Positions 14,301 through 27,792 of a DNA stretch of 64,000 bases are shown in pieces (within the stretch, counting starts at the first letter, position 1; each line of letters begins with the position of its first letter). The translations under genes were made by a program, and so were the position numbers. The stretch covers positions 675,259 through 739,258 of the forward strand of contig MNCI01002813.1 of NCBI GenBank assembly GCA_015680685.1. Reading direction: 5' to 3'. Source of the DNA: Gnetum montanum (lineage: Eukaryota; Plantae; Gnetophyta). The notes beneath the pieces were generated by a model. The model made no database searches, had not been told where the DNA came from, and saw nothing but the letters and a program-made list of their open reading frames with translations.

Positions 14301-15222
14301 TTGGCTCCTCTTTGTTGACACTTGGAGGAATCGACTTGAGAAGCGTCGACAAAGAAGTACAAAACACCACAAGCAAACAAGGAGCAAGCATTGACCTTTT
14401 GCACCTAGCCAGATGTCATCGCACTGTGTTTAGTCGTACTTAGGATTGGGGGAGTGGGATGTGTAACTGCGCAAGGGATTATGCTGGATGTGTGCACCAT
14501 GCTGATCCTTGTCGAGAGCCATTTGTTAGCAGACTGGGAGTTTAGACATGGGGTGGGCATCCTTTGGTGGAACAAGACTCTTGGTTAGTGTTCAAGAGGA
14601 CTTGTTGGCACGACCAAAGCCACATGGGAGTATGTGTTGCATTCTTTGGAAGAACAACACCCTTCTTTGGGGAAACTGTTGGTGGAGAGCCAAAGCCATG
14701 CAACGGGATGTTACTTGAGCTATTGAGACATGAGTGTTTGTATCTAAGACAATTGGCTTCCTGCCTGAGGCTTGTATGGGAAGTGCCAAGGGTCCCCTTT
14801 TTTTTGTTTTTTTTAATCTTTTGTGTTTTTGAATCTTGTACTCATGCTCATGTGCTACATTGCGACTACTCAAAGGTGTTATAGTGTGCAATGGTATGCT
14901 CAAGGTTTTGGGTTATATGGGGTGTATCTAGGAACTAAGGATGTACTTGTGAATAGATTGATTAGCCTGGTTGCGTGCGTTAGGAACAATGCGGCCCCTT
15001 ATCACCATGATGAAGTGTATCTATGTACGAGCACGACTAGGTGTCATCCTGCAAACACAACTCCTAGAAGACAAGAAAACCACAAGTGAATGTGTGAGCT
15101 TAGACTTTGGGCATGAATGTGATGGATGCAAAAAGAGGAACCATGTGAAACTTAAAGCAAACAGGATTAGCAGCGGTAATGTTGTCAGCGCCGGTGTGAT
15201 GAACGATGCAACAGAAATGATC

Positions 15223-15560
15223 TTGCCAGTTTATAGTCGTAGCAAACTATCGTGGGTTAGTTTTATGTCATAACCCGTTGGACGTTGCCCATTTAGCATC
15301 GTGGTGGACGTTACGTTGCCAATTTATAGTCTTAGCGGACTGTGAAGAGACAAGCTAATTTATAGTCTTAGCAAACTTTGATGAATGAGTGTGACAGTTT
15401 AGTGTCATGTCAGACAGAGCTCTATTTATCGTCCTTGCAGACACTGTGTGGTATCAATTTATCGTCATGATCCAGGACTATTCTGTGGTATTAGTTTTAA
15501 GTCATAATCCAGTACTGTTCTGTGGTATTAGTTTTAAGTCATAATCTAGGACTATTCTGT
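15223..15560 (-). repeat. Degenerate ~24-nt motif array (3' UTR array) of element C
   Basis: Repeated plus-strand units such as tgccagtttatagtcgtagcaaac, tgccaatttatagtcttagcggac and gttagttttatgtcataacccgt are reverse complements of the 60695-61058 motif. Confidence 0.75.
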
Positions 15561-15668
15561 GGAGATGCATGCGTGTGTATCCATACGATCCTGTAAACAA
15601 AAGCAACTAGAGAAAACATTGTTAAATAGCAACTGCAGAAAACATGAATAGGAAATAGTGTGAAAAGG

Positions 15669-16001
15669 TGGTAGTTTAAGGCCTTTTTGGGCCACGTGTT
15701 CTAGTTTAAGGCCTTTTCGGGCCATGGATGGTAGTTTAACACCTTACCAGGAGATGTTTAGTTTAAGGCCTTTTCGGGCCATGGGTTAGTTTAAGGCCTT
15801 TTCAGGCCATGCTTAGTTTAAGGCCTTTTCGGGCCATGCTTAGTTTAAGGCCTTTCCAGGCCGTAGGTTAGTTTAAGGACTTTCCGGGTCATAGTGGCAG
15901 TTTAACGCCTTACCGGGCGATGCTTAGTTTAAGGCCTTTTCGGGCCATAGTGGCAGTTTAATGCCTTACTAGGCGACGCTTAGTTTAAGGCCTTTTCGGG
16001 A
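15669..16001 (-). repeat. ~27-bp tandem array (GGCCCGAAAAGGCCTTAAACTA core) downstream of the protease in element C
   Basis: About a dozen copies of tagtttaaggccttttcgggcc and its variants. Confidence 0.9.
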
Positions 16002-17599
16002 CATGAGTGCACGCATAAGCTAGTACAATGCGAAATAGGATGATGTATGCACAATGAACAAAGGTGAAGAGTGGGCGGAGATCAGGCGTGCCTGTGGCAA
16101 TAGGGGAGTCTCGATTATGCGATTGTGTCCTAGTTGGACATGGCTTTGGAAGTGTTTTAGGCTTAGGCTCAGTTGGGAGGCTTACAGTTTTCACCACTCG
16201 TTTGGGCATGTTGGTTTTAAGTGTTGCGGTTGTTGCCACTCGTTCGGGCGTTTTGTTGGTTGCCACTCGTTTGGGCGTTTTGGCCCTAAGTTTTGCATTC
16301 GTTGCCACATAAGTTGCATCAAGAGGCTCTTCTTTCAAGACCTGTGCCATGTCTATGTGGTGGTCAGCTTGAAAGAGGGTGTTCTCACCATGTATAATGA
16401 CTTGTCTGCCTTCATATGGAAGGCGGATTTCTTGATGTATCGGTGAGGAAACAGCTCGTTGTTGTGCTAGCCAAGATCTGCCAAGAATCATGGAAAGAAG
16501 AGAATGGAATGGAGTCTGAAGAATAAGGTGGTGTATAGCCCATTGTGTGTTTAATGATTAATGTGACTTGGTAGATCCCATTCCAAATTTGGCCTCAAAC
16601 AAACCACATCCAGTGACTTCGCATTAATACATTTGGCCCATCCATCCACTTGAAGTAACAAGAATGCCTTCACCACAGAGACACCACCATTCCGATGAAA
16701 TGAAAGATGAGAAAGTAGGAAGCAAGTAGGGCCTTAGTTAGAGAAAACATGTTTATTTTAGTTCCATAACCATTGATTGTAGCCCAAGTGATCATTTTGT
16801 CTAAGGGATGTGATTTGAATCCTCAATAGTTTTTTTTTCTATTTTTTTTGTGTGCAAACCACACCATGAAAAGAATTATTATTTTTATTTGCTCAACTAC
16901 CCAATAATGTGCAACATCAAAATGGTAAGAAAACTCAAGGAGAAAACATCCAAGAAACCAAGAGAATGGACAACAAAAGTGCATCAAGTCCCCTTGAAGT
17001 CACATCCTTTTCAATCCTTGAGTCCTTCCTTAGTTTGAGAAATACCCAATTACCAATTCATTGATAGTTCTTATTATTTAGAAAGGGGTTTTATAGTTCC
17101 AAGATGAGAGAGACCATAGAATTTTACGAATGCATGGATGATGTGGACTCATTGCCTACTATATCAAAAGAAGCATACCTTAGTATCAACATCATAACTT
17201 AAAGGTAAAAACCAAACATTAGCAATCAATGGAATACAGTTCAAACCATCTTCAGAGCACTTATTAAGTGACAAACTTAATAAAATGGATAACACATGCA
17301 CAAAAATAAAATAAAAAGTATGAATAATGTTGTGAAACAAAAATAAGAAAATTTGAAGAAAGTATGAAACAAAAATGTGTAAAAAAAAAATTTCAAAAGA
17401 AACTGAGGGCCTCAATTGATTAGCACATGTGGTTATCTCCCCCATGATTGAATTGAAAGGGAGAGATCCAAAATAATGAGCACTTATTTGAATTTTTTAG
17501 AAGTGTCCAACTTCTCCCAATTGATGATTTTATATTAAGGTTTGAAAGTTGTTGACACTCATACTCCAATGTATCTATGCTTTCATTGTGGTTGCAATT

Positions 17600-20420
17600 T
17601 TTTCCCCCAGTTAGTTCCATGAATGTTGGTAAGTTACTCTCTGGATCAGCTATCAACCACTAGGTGTTTTCTTGTTGTGTGGTTGCTACATACAAGAACC
17701 TTTGTATCCAAGTTTCCTGGGCACACCTGTTGCATACAAGAAATGTTGAGCACTCCTATACATCATCACCCCATGTATCACTATTTGTGATGCATGGAAC
17801 TTTCTTCTTCTCGATCATTCCATAAGTATTTTTCTTAGATATTTCTAGGGAAAGATCATGGATTCCTAGGCATGCATTTATGGTACATAGTCATGCCCTC
17901 CCCATTATAATTGGAAAATCCCCTTTGTTATTATTAACTTCTATCACTAGAAAATTAGCTGGGTATGAAAACCACACATAGTGGTAACAATGTCCTCCAC
18001 AAGTCCCAAAGGAACAATGATGGACTAGTTAGCCAACTCTAATTGAATATTTCTCTTCTTTAGTGGAGGCAAGTTCCAGGCTTTATACATTTCTTGTGAT
18101 ATTAAGTTGACTCCAGAACCTAAGTCAAGAAGAGCCTTACATGGTTCATTCAAAAAAACTTGGAGGTAGATTAAGGGACTTCTAGGCTTAGATAATTTCC
18201 TGGGAAGGTGGCCCAACTTTATCCATTCAGTGATAGTATGTGTTAACATAACCATGTGCATTGAGTTCTATTATTTTTTTGAAGGGAGTTTCGAAGCCTT
18301 ACTTGATGAAGGAGTCATCATAGACTCAACTGCTTGTGGTTGTCAGAGTTTGTTTGGTCTATTGGTTCTAAAGAAAGGTTTTCTCTTTATATGATTTTTA
18401 GAACTAGTAGTGCATTGAAGGTTTACAGCTCTTGTAGCATTATGTTGCTATAGTTAAGTGGGGAGTTCCCCTTACATCATTGGAGCAGGTGGTAGTGGAA
18501 CTATTGGCGTAAGAGATGTGGATGGATTCGGAGGATGGTATGCATGTGGAGTATCTCTTCCAAGAGTGGGAGTCTTAAAATACTCCCAAACTTGATAGTG
18601 CCATTGTAGGGTCATGTGACTGATAGATTCACTTGGAGAAACCAGCTGTTGCACGTAATAGCCATATGGATCTGGTTGCCGGTAAGGGTATTGTTGCCTA
18701 GGCGGTGGAATCCCCCATGACTATGGGTATTGCCACTACTTGTGTTGTCAATAGGTTGTGGTGGAGTCCCACTTGGATAATACATTAAGGGTTGGTGGAA
18801 CTACCTTGGGTTACCTTGGGAATAAGGTAACCTTTGGGGTGCTTGCTGTTTGTTAAGTCTTGGATTGAGTGCATCCACCCTAGACTCTTGCAGATGTGAG
18901 ATTATTGGGCAACATCCTTTAAGATGGTCATATTAGCAGATCTCACATCCCCCATAATTGTCCATATCAGAGTCCACAACCTCATCGGTGATAGTAATTT
19001 TTCCCTTACACTTGTTACATGCATGGTCTGAATCTCTCCTCTTTTTCTTATCATGATAACTACTTCGCTCCTTAGACTCCTCTATGATTTTTAGAACGGT
19101 TTCAAATCTACTGTCTAAGGAGTCCCACATTTGATCTACCTTAGCTGACACTTTAGTTTTTAACTTTTGAAGCAGCAAGTTTTTTCTATTCACCAACTCC
19201 TTGAGTGGTGACTCATCCTCTTCCTCACAGAATCTTACTCCTCTCTTTCGAAGGGAAGGATTGCGGTGATACTCTTCCATGCTTTCTCTTTTCTATAGCT
19301 CTCCTTCTTCCTTAGCTACTTACTCCAACAATCTATGAACTTCATGGAACCTAATCTTAGATAATATCCCTTGGGCATATGTTCCAAGGGTTCTCCTGGT
19401 TTCATGTCTTAGCCCATCTACGAGGTGGTAGAGTTGATCCTGTTGTGTGTAGCCATGGCCCGGGCAATAATGTAACAATGCATAATATTGGCCCATGGTA
19501 GCATCCAAGGGTTCATGATTACCTTGCTTCCATCCTTGGATTTTCTTACACAAGTTGGACACTCAGGAGTACATTTTATATTTATCATTAAATAGTTCTA
19601 GCATTGTACTCCACCTATGAATGGATTCCTATTCTAAAAACTGGTACCAACTTTCTGCTTCTTTTATGAGTGTCCTAGGAAACAACTTTAAATTCTCCCA
19701 CTCATTCTCAATATTCTACAAGGCATAGGCATCATGAAATGCCTATAAGTGGTTCTGTGGATCACCATTGTATCCTCCTTTGAATCATGGGATATTATTC
19801 ATGTCTAGTCTCTTGATCTGGCTATCTTTTTGGTGCCTTGTAGGTATTCTAACAGCCTCCATAATATCTAACATACTCCAGATTGCTAGTAGGGGTTCTT
19901 CATTTTCATTTATTTCATGGCATCTATGATGTCTATGATGTTCCCTACTTTCCCTTCTACCATGCCTTGATTCTCTTGAATGCCATCATCCTCGCTCTCA
20001 ACTCTCTGGTCAAGGGTTCTCATTATTCCTACCCTTGTCCTCACAGTTGTGCTCTTTGTGACTACATCCTGATGTGGAAGTAGAGGGTGAATGATGCGAT
20101 GAAGGTGAAGAAGAAGGAGAACCATCTCCATGATCATGTCTGTTACCTTCTCTTCGGTGGCTACATCCCTGATCGTGATGACGATCAAACTGCCTACCCT
20201 TGTCATTTGTTTGTGTTCCCTTATTGAACACTTGGTGTTCATGGCAATCAGAACTAGGATTGTGAATTATGGAGTGTAGGTTCTGATACCCCATCTCCTC
20301 ACTATCTTTAGGAGGGGGAACATCATTTTGTAAAAAACCTAATGAAATAGGTTCACCACCCTTGATTTCACTTATGATGGGTGAACTGTTATGGGGTCCC
20401 TTGCCCTTCAATGATGTATG
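17600..20420 (-). pseudogene. gag: gag-protease of element A, disrupted
   Basis: GDPQNHL and KLFPRTL..AESWYQF (~19640-19780), QLYHLVDGLRHETRRTL, CEIC..DHLKGCCP knuckle (~18910-18945), protease KALLDLGSGVNLI (~18100-18140). Confidence 0.85.
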
Positions 20421-20910
20421 GTAATTCTCCTACCATGACTCCTATTGACATTGCGCTTCTATGAGATGGTAGTGCCTTATGTTATAATCACATGCAATGT
20501 ACTCAGCATATAATTATGACATGTTGATTCGTGCAAGGGCATGAAGGAGCATGTTGGGGGAGGCTATGTCTAGAGGCAACACTATGTTACCCTCCAAGTC
20601 TCTCCATCACAGTTGTTCATCTTGATGAAATACAAAGGTAAATTCGGGTATATACTCATCATGGTAAGTATATAACATACTAACTTGCTGAGGAATTGGT
20701 GGGTTTTGATTATGTGTGTTGTACTACCGATTTTCTCTAGTGTTGGTCCTAGGTGGTGAAGTGCTTTTTTATGGAGACATCTTAGTTTCGTTTGGTTTGT
20801 TATTTACCGTTATCTTATTTTCTTTCTTTTGATCAACCTTAAGGGTTTGTTCTAGCTCCCAACAATGTGAATGATATCCTATGTTCTACTTAGCACACAA
20901 ACAACTAAGT

Positions 20911-20927
20911 CCCTGGCAACGATGCCA
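20911..20927 (-). promoter_or_regulatory. Primer binding site, tRNA-Asp type
   Basis: Reverse complement TGGCATCGTTGCCAGGG versus TGGCGCCGTTGCCGGGG (complement of the plant tRNA-Asp 3' end). It lies 1 nt from the LTR. Confidence 0.8.
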
Positions 20928-20928
20928 A

Positions 20929-21657
20929 TGATGAGTTATCAGGTACCCCTACACTCAACCATACGAATACGAGCATTACACATGTGATCTGGTCGAACTC
21001 CAAGGACTAAGTGCTTACACACCTTATGGAACACTTAAGGTTAATCAGTCGCTATCTTCCCAAGCTCACTTGTATTTTTCACGATTGTATGGTTAGGTGA
21101 ACTTGAGGTATATGATTTTTATGTATTTTATGTTTTTATTGCCTATGCTAAGAGCGAAAAGGGTGAAGAGACTAAGTAACTAACCTTTGCTAACTAAGCT
21201 CTAATTATCCTAGCATTAGTATCCATTCCCACTTTCCGTTGACACTCTAAACTAATGCAATGCTATTGGGATTACCAAGCGTAACACACATGCTCGAAGC
21301 GGTCATACTGAATGCACTTAACTATGAGAGTTGAGGGTTGAGAGAGATTAAATACCTAAGAAATCATTTAAACATTTAACAATAATTAAAGTCCTATTTA
21401 GCTTAGTCTATATGCTACAAGGTTTATCCAAAAGTTCATCTTTATTGTCATACACAATTGTGTGCTTAGGTACAGAATTGATCAAATAAAGATCCGTTCA
21501 CTTTGGGACTCCTACTACAAGAACATGGAAATTATTCTAACTCTGGAATGGAAAAATGACAAGCTTTTGGCTAAGGTCTAGATCTAGATGGAGAAACAAG
21601 GGAGAGCTACCTCTTATTTATAGAATTAGGGACAGGTTGCCATATCATGTCCCATCA
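20929..21657 (-). repeat. 5' LTR of element A
   Basis: Colinear with 11841-12646, with two internal deletions. Confidence 0.85.
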
Positions 21658-21900
21658 ATCAATAATATCTACAAGGAAGCTTCCCCTTTCTGTTGGGTGG
21701 AGTCATCATTGGAACTCTCTCTATCCTTAATTGAGAGCTCTTTGCCTCATCTAATTCTATGTCATTCTATCTAGTAATGAGTTAGTATGTGTGGATGTTT
21801 GATAGTGCCCCAATTCAGGTTTCCTCCCTTAATACTCATTTATCTATAAGGTTGTTCCTGAGTCTCATTCATAGTGTATCAATTAAGGTAACCTATGAAT
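21658..21900 (+). mobile_element. Probable 3' remainder of the LINE after the element A insertion
   Basis: Short open stretch INNIYKEASPFCWVESSLEL... with composition like the LINE. No clear poly(A) tail. Confidence 0.4.
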
Positions 21901-24500
21901 TATTCTAGTTACTATAATTGATACACTTTTAATATCAATAGAACTTCTTTTCGGGGTTTGACACCCCCCCTAAACTTGACAAAAGAAAAAGTGTCACTTA
22001 TTTCATTTTTAGATGATTTGCTCACATAATGAATACCATATAATTTTCTATTAAATTTAATGTTACTAAAATTAGAAATGACTACATGGATTTGATATTC
22101 ATAATCTTCTAATTTGGTATCTTGATAACAATTTTTTCTATTTTTCTTTCCTACTTTTATCTTAACTTTAGATAATGCTTTTTCTAGTTTGAGTACCTTG
22201 TTGAACAAATTTTCATTAGCTTTCCTTTCTTAGAATCTTCATTAGAATTTTATTTTTCTTGGCCTTGATCTTTTTTTTATTACATGAGGAAATGCTTTAA
22301 ACCAAGTTAAATATTTCACAAAGACCAATGTTTTTTTTGTTCAGTTATTGGTATTCTAGTGATGTCTCAATTAGCTAAATTTAGTTGTGTTTCTAACTAG
22401 ATAGCTTTATTAAAGAAATCATTCAGAGTGAACATATCTAGAGTTATTATTATCTAGATTGAAATTCTAGGATTAATTGCATTTGGATAAGTTTTCCTAA
22501 AAATTTCATCTAATGGCTTATACTATCCCTAAAATAATTCACAATTTCATTGGAATTTAACATTAAAATCTCTAATTGACACTTAGTTTCTTGCTTGACC
22601 TATACTAACATATAATACAACTAATATTGGTCTATTTGATTGATAAAGTAAGCCAAAAATAAATCATTCATATCATCCTAACTAGTCATGCTATTGTTTG
22701 GTAAATTAGAATACCAAATTTGAGTCATATCTTTCAAATTTGTTAAAAACAACCTATAAACTTGATCTTGATGTTAAATATTTGTGTAATCTAAGGCTAA
22801 TTCAAATAAATGGAAATATTCTTCTATCAAATAAGCCTTCCAAAGAATGAAAGGCTTAGGTAAATATTTATGAACTACCTTAGAGATATTGTTGTAAATT
22901 GGGAACCTCAATGATGTGGCTGTTGAAATTTTTTCTTATTGAATGCCTAGGATTTCTTTGCCTTGTTCTAAAGGCTAGTAAATGAGATAGAAGAGGTGAT
23001 TTTCTAGTCCTTCTAGTTTTAACTTGACTACTTATCCCTAGCTCAAAAACTATTTCCTACTTTTCCTCTAATAAATAATCAAACTTATAATCAAAATACT
23101 TGTTTGGACATCCAAACTTCTTAGAGTTAACAAGTTGTTTGCTAATTAATAGAGCAATAACTAATCTATTTACCCTCCTTTTAGTACCAAATAAAACTAT
23201 TTTTATCTACTTTGGACCATCAATGTTTTCCTCTTCCGCATGATAAAAAACACATGCATGAGATGTTCTTTCAAAACTTGATTTTAGGTGTTTACTAGTC
23301 TTTGAAAGACCAAGGTCCAGATACTTCCAAAAAAAATTAGTAATTATAGAGAAAAATATGTGTCTTTAGTTATTATTAACTACTAATTTTACAATATTTT
23401 CATACTACGATTTAATTAGATAAAAGCACTTTAATCAATAGATTCAACCATCATCACTTCATTTGTAAGTCAATAAAAATTCCCTACTATATCAAAGCTA
23501 TTGAGTCTATTAAGTTTAGATTGTACATATCTATGCAATCTAGCCTTTCATCTAATGTTTAAGCATAATTCCAAAAAATCTATTACCATACTTCCCTAAA
23601 GAGAAAATTCAACAAGAAAACTAGAAAAGGAATGTAATTCAATGGATTTTTCAAAAGTAAGGTAGCTAAATTATGTAGAATCTTAAACATTGAAATGAGG
23701 TATTATTGAAATGAGTAAATATCTTGAAAATATAGCTATTCAAATTACTTAATGATACCAAAAATTTCTAAACCCTTTAACTCAAATAAGCAATTTGAAA
23801 TAAGGCTACTATCCTATTGATATGTGAAAATACTTTGAAAAGAAAATAAAGCTATTTTAAAGTTAGTCAATAAATGTTAGTAATTACTAAAACTAGAGCT
23901 ATTCAATAAATTTAAATAATTCCAAGAATAAAATGCCAGGCCAATACAATCTTCACCACTAGCTAGGAAACTATGATAAAGTAGGAAAATAAGAATTAAC
24001 TCATAGGACAAAAGTAAGTTAGATGAACCAAGTCTAATATTAGAATGCCATTGTACATAAAATTACCTCACATCATGCTCATATAATTGTAGGGCATTGG
24101 ATAACCATTCTATTGATAAATTTTTTCATTGCTTCAAGCTCCTCAACTGATAATATTAGAAACTTAATAACCTAGTTCATTGTATTTGGTTTAGAGATAT
24201 TGAACTTATTTAATACTCTTTCAATGTTTATTTATATTTAGGTCATTAGATAGTTGCTTAGTTTCTTAGCAAATTTTTTCATTCTTTGAATCTAGAGTCT
24301 TTCTACTAATAACTGCTAAATCATATTCCCATGATTTTTGAAAAATTTTAATAGCTTAATTCATGAATCCTTGTCAGTATTATCAATCTTTTTAATTCTA
24401 TCACTTACTCTCTCAACTGTTTCAATTTGGAAATCTATTAGAAACATCAAAGTGACTCCCATGTTAGCTTAAATTTGTTTCACATTAAGCTTCTTCATGA
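21900..24500 (-). mobile_element. Highly eroded retroelement-like coding remnant (gag-like)
   Basis: Lys-rich minus-strand fragments, an LTWFKAF gag-like motif (~22290-22310) and Cys/His patches. No unambiguous domain. Confidence 0.3.
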
Positions 24501-24559
24501 CAATTTCAATTATACACTCTACAACTATTCTTTGAATAAACCTTTTTTTTTTGAACTAA

Positions 24560-27150
24560 TGATCTTTGGAGCTCTAACTAAGTCAAGAAAGCCCATACTT
24601 CTCTATTCCATTTATGTAGATATAGCTTGTTTTTAATGTACGGTAGCTCTATGCTTCAACGGAAGCTCTATATTACTTTAGCTCTATTTTAGTCCTTGCA
24701 CTTGCACGTCAACACCAATTGTTTTGATTTTTATTTAATAAAGCTATTTATGAAGAGCTGACATGGAAGAGCTTCTTTATAGAGCTAATTTTTGCTTCTA
24801 CATGCTATGTCCTACTCCTAACTGAACTTAGTTTAAAAAATGAAATGTAAATGTGCATAACATATAAACCTTTATGAGTCTAAAATGATCTCTAACATGA
24901 AGGATGCTAATGTGGTAGAGCTTCTTCCTAAATTTAAATTCTAACTCTATGAACAAGCTCCATTAGTTGACTTGGTAAAGCCAAAAATGAGCTTTTCTTA
25001 TAGAGTTGAATTTTATCCCTACAAGAAACATTCCATCAGTTGACATGGTAGGGTCAGCTCTTGGATGTTGATATGGTAGAACTATTATGAGCTTCTTTAT
25101 AGAATGGAATTCTCACCTTATGAAATAGCTCAACAAGTTGACCTATCAGATGCTAATGTGAAAGAGTTAACATGGTAAAGCTCATTTGTAGAAAGAAAAT
25201 TTTATTTCTCAAAATCACTCTATATCTAGATGTTGACATGGTATCTATTAATATGGTAGGGTAGAGTGAGCTCAATTATCATGGTAGAGTCTCTTTGTAG
25301 AACTAATTTTTGGTTCTTCAAAGCACTTTTGCAGGCTGTTATGGCTCAATGAAGTTAAGGTTGTATGTAGAGCTAAAATTCAGCATTACAAAGGCTAATG
25401 TGGCAAGCAGATTTGCAAAGTTGATGTGGATTTTAAGGTGTTTTTCTAGAGTGTTTTCTTTTGTTGGTTCTATGAACATAAGTTAATGATAAATCCTACA
25501 TGGTAGAGTTTTCTTGTAAAACCAAATTAAGCTCTACAATCTTTTTCCTGAGCTGATGTGGCAATGTGAAAAAATGAGCTTACTTGTAGAATGGAATTTT
25601 GTCTCTAAAAGTCATCTCTACATGCTAACATGCATGAATTTGATATGGAAAAGCACTTTCATATAGTGGAATTCTAGATCTACTTATTGACTCTACATGA
25701 TGATGTGGCGTGAGACTAACATGGTAAAACTAACATGCTAATGCTAATGTGGTAGAACTAACATGGTGAATGAAATATCAAAGGCTAGGTTTTATGTGCT
25801 TACTAACATGGCACTGTTGACATGACAATGTTGATGTGGTAGAGCTAATTAATAGAGTTATTTTTCAGTTCAACTAAGCTTTTCTACAATCTAACATGAT
25901 ATTAAGTAACTTTACAAGTGAACTTAGTCAAATGTTGACATAGTAAAGCTCTTTTGTAGAGTCATTTTTGGTCTTTTTGAATTTGCTTTATGAACTAACA
26001 TGGTGGTGCACAATGAACCTAGTTAATGTAGTAGATATATTTCATAGAACTAGATTTTAGCTTTAAATATTGGTTCTACAAGATTCTTCTATGAGCTGAT
26101 GTGGTGGAGTGATGTCATGGCCCATAAAGCTTCTTAGTAGAGCAACTTTTCACCTCTAAAGCTTATGTGGCAGGACTTGTAAATAGATCTATTTCTTAGC
26201 TTTACAAACTACTACAAGTTGTGAAGTTGATGTGATAAGGTGGATTTGCCTAAGTAACATGGCTTGTAGAACCACTTTGGAATTTATTCATAAAATCTTT
26301 ATCTATGCTCTGAATTTGTTCTATAAATAAGCTAATGTTGCAAGATCAACTTTGTAGTTTCATTTTATAGCTCTACTAACTTCTTCTACAAGCTAATGAA
26401 GCTAATGTGGTAGAGCTTAGTTTGTAGAGTTGTTATTTGCTATAAATATTTTCTACAAGCTAACATGGCAAAGCATTAACATGGCAATCCTTATTTTGTA
26501 ATGCTTATGTTTAACTCTATAAACACTACTCTATTCTCAAAGTATACTTTGCATGATGATGATGTAGTAGAGGTCCTTTGTAGAGTGGAAATCTAGCTTT
26601 ACAAACTAATTCTACATGCTAACATGACATGCCACTAACATGGCTAATGTGTTAAACTTTGCTAATGTGAAACATCATGATGTGGCACTATTAACATGAT
26701 GTTGCTAATGTGATAGTATAAATGTCAAGGATCAGACTTGATATAATTACTAATGCAATAGTGCTGATGTGGTAGAGCATACTCATAGAATAGAAATTTG
26801 TTCTACAAACTTATTCTATGAGAGAGCTAAGCTGGTGAAAGATGACATGATTTGTAGTGCTTCCTTATAAAATCATTTTTTCCCTTACATGTATAGCTTA
26901 CCTTGGAATCCTACATGAAAGTGTAATTTTAAAGAACTACTTTTAGCTTCACATACTTCTTCCACAAGTTGACATCATAGAGCTCCTTTGTAGAGAGGAA
27001 ATCTAGCTCTAGGAACTAGCTCTACATGCTAATGTAACATTCTACAAATCTGGTTGAGCTTCTTTCAATTCTTTTTGTGGAATTGAAAATAGTTCTATGA
27101 ATTAGCTCTATATGTTGAGTTGGATTAAAGAGATATTGCACATATGCTCT
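24560..27150. repeat. Degenerate ~2.6-kb motif array (GCTRAYRTGG and GTAGAGC/GCTCTAC motifs)
   Basis: Dozens of copies of gctaatgtggtagagc, gctgacatgg, ctaacatggc and ttgtagagc at irregular spacing. Confidence 0.8.
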
Positions 27151-27792
27151 TATTAAGGTTGGCCCCACTAAAGCTAATTAAATAAAATCCATACAGACTA
27201 CCTAAAAGCTAAGTTGGTAGAATGAATCTGGCTAACAAGAGCAAATAATAAGATTTTAAATACCAACTCTAAATGACCATGTTGCACTTGGAGTGCTAAC
27301 TCTGCAAAATATGGGATCAAAGCTCAAACTCACATGAAACAATGAACTCTACAAAGAACAAGACTCTGAAATGAAGCTCAAAGCTTGCCATGAGACTTCA
27401 CTTTTTATCTTTGCCTAAATATTGCTTCTGCATGAATTGATGTAACAAAAGCTACTCACTATCATCACATGGGTAAATTTTCTATAAAATTCATAGAAAT
27501 CGTTCCAATAAATCAATCTCCATTACTATTCCATAAGTTCTTCCACCAGAACTTGCAAAGGTTTCTTTTAGTACATGCTCTTTCAATCCATGAGCTTTTA
27601 CTTTTAAACTTGAATTGTGAAATCCCATTTTCCAAAAATTTAAGCTTAAATCTAAAGATAAAAACCTAAAATTACATTTTGGACTTGAGATTTCGTTACC
27701 ACCTTCAATGATTTATGGAATATAGAGTCTCTTTTCATGAAAAATTCAAGGTAAGAAAATCATTAAAAAACTTAAATTAAACCCTACTCCAT

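Larger units (their letters stand above)
13017..16493 (-). mobile_element. 5'-truncated Tat/Ogre-family derivative (element C): protease end, two motif arrays, 3' UTR, PPT and 3' LTR
   Basis: ORF ILGRSWLAQQRAVSSPIHQEIRLPY matches ILGRYWLAQLRVVSSPIHQEIHLPY at ~51840. The PPT/LTR junction at 14291-14320 (reverse complement AACAAAGAGGAGCCAA-TGAAACACC) matches 62280-62304. The same two repeat arrays are present. Confidence 0.87.
11841..21657 (-). mobile_element. Non-chromoviral Ty3/gypsy (Athila-like) LTR retrotransposon, gag-protease only (element A)
   Basis: Paired LTRs TGATGAG...CCCATCA at 11841-12646 and 20929-21657, tRNA-Asp-type PBS, and gag and protease motifs. No RT or integrase motifs were found. 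No TSD is visible. Confidence 0.88.

Noticed and set aside
13184-14391. Overlapping ORFs with YAYAY/RLRL repeats
   Set aside because: They are translations of LTR microrepeats.
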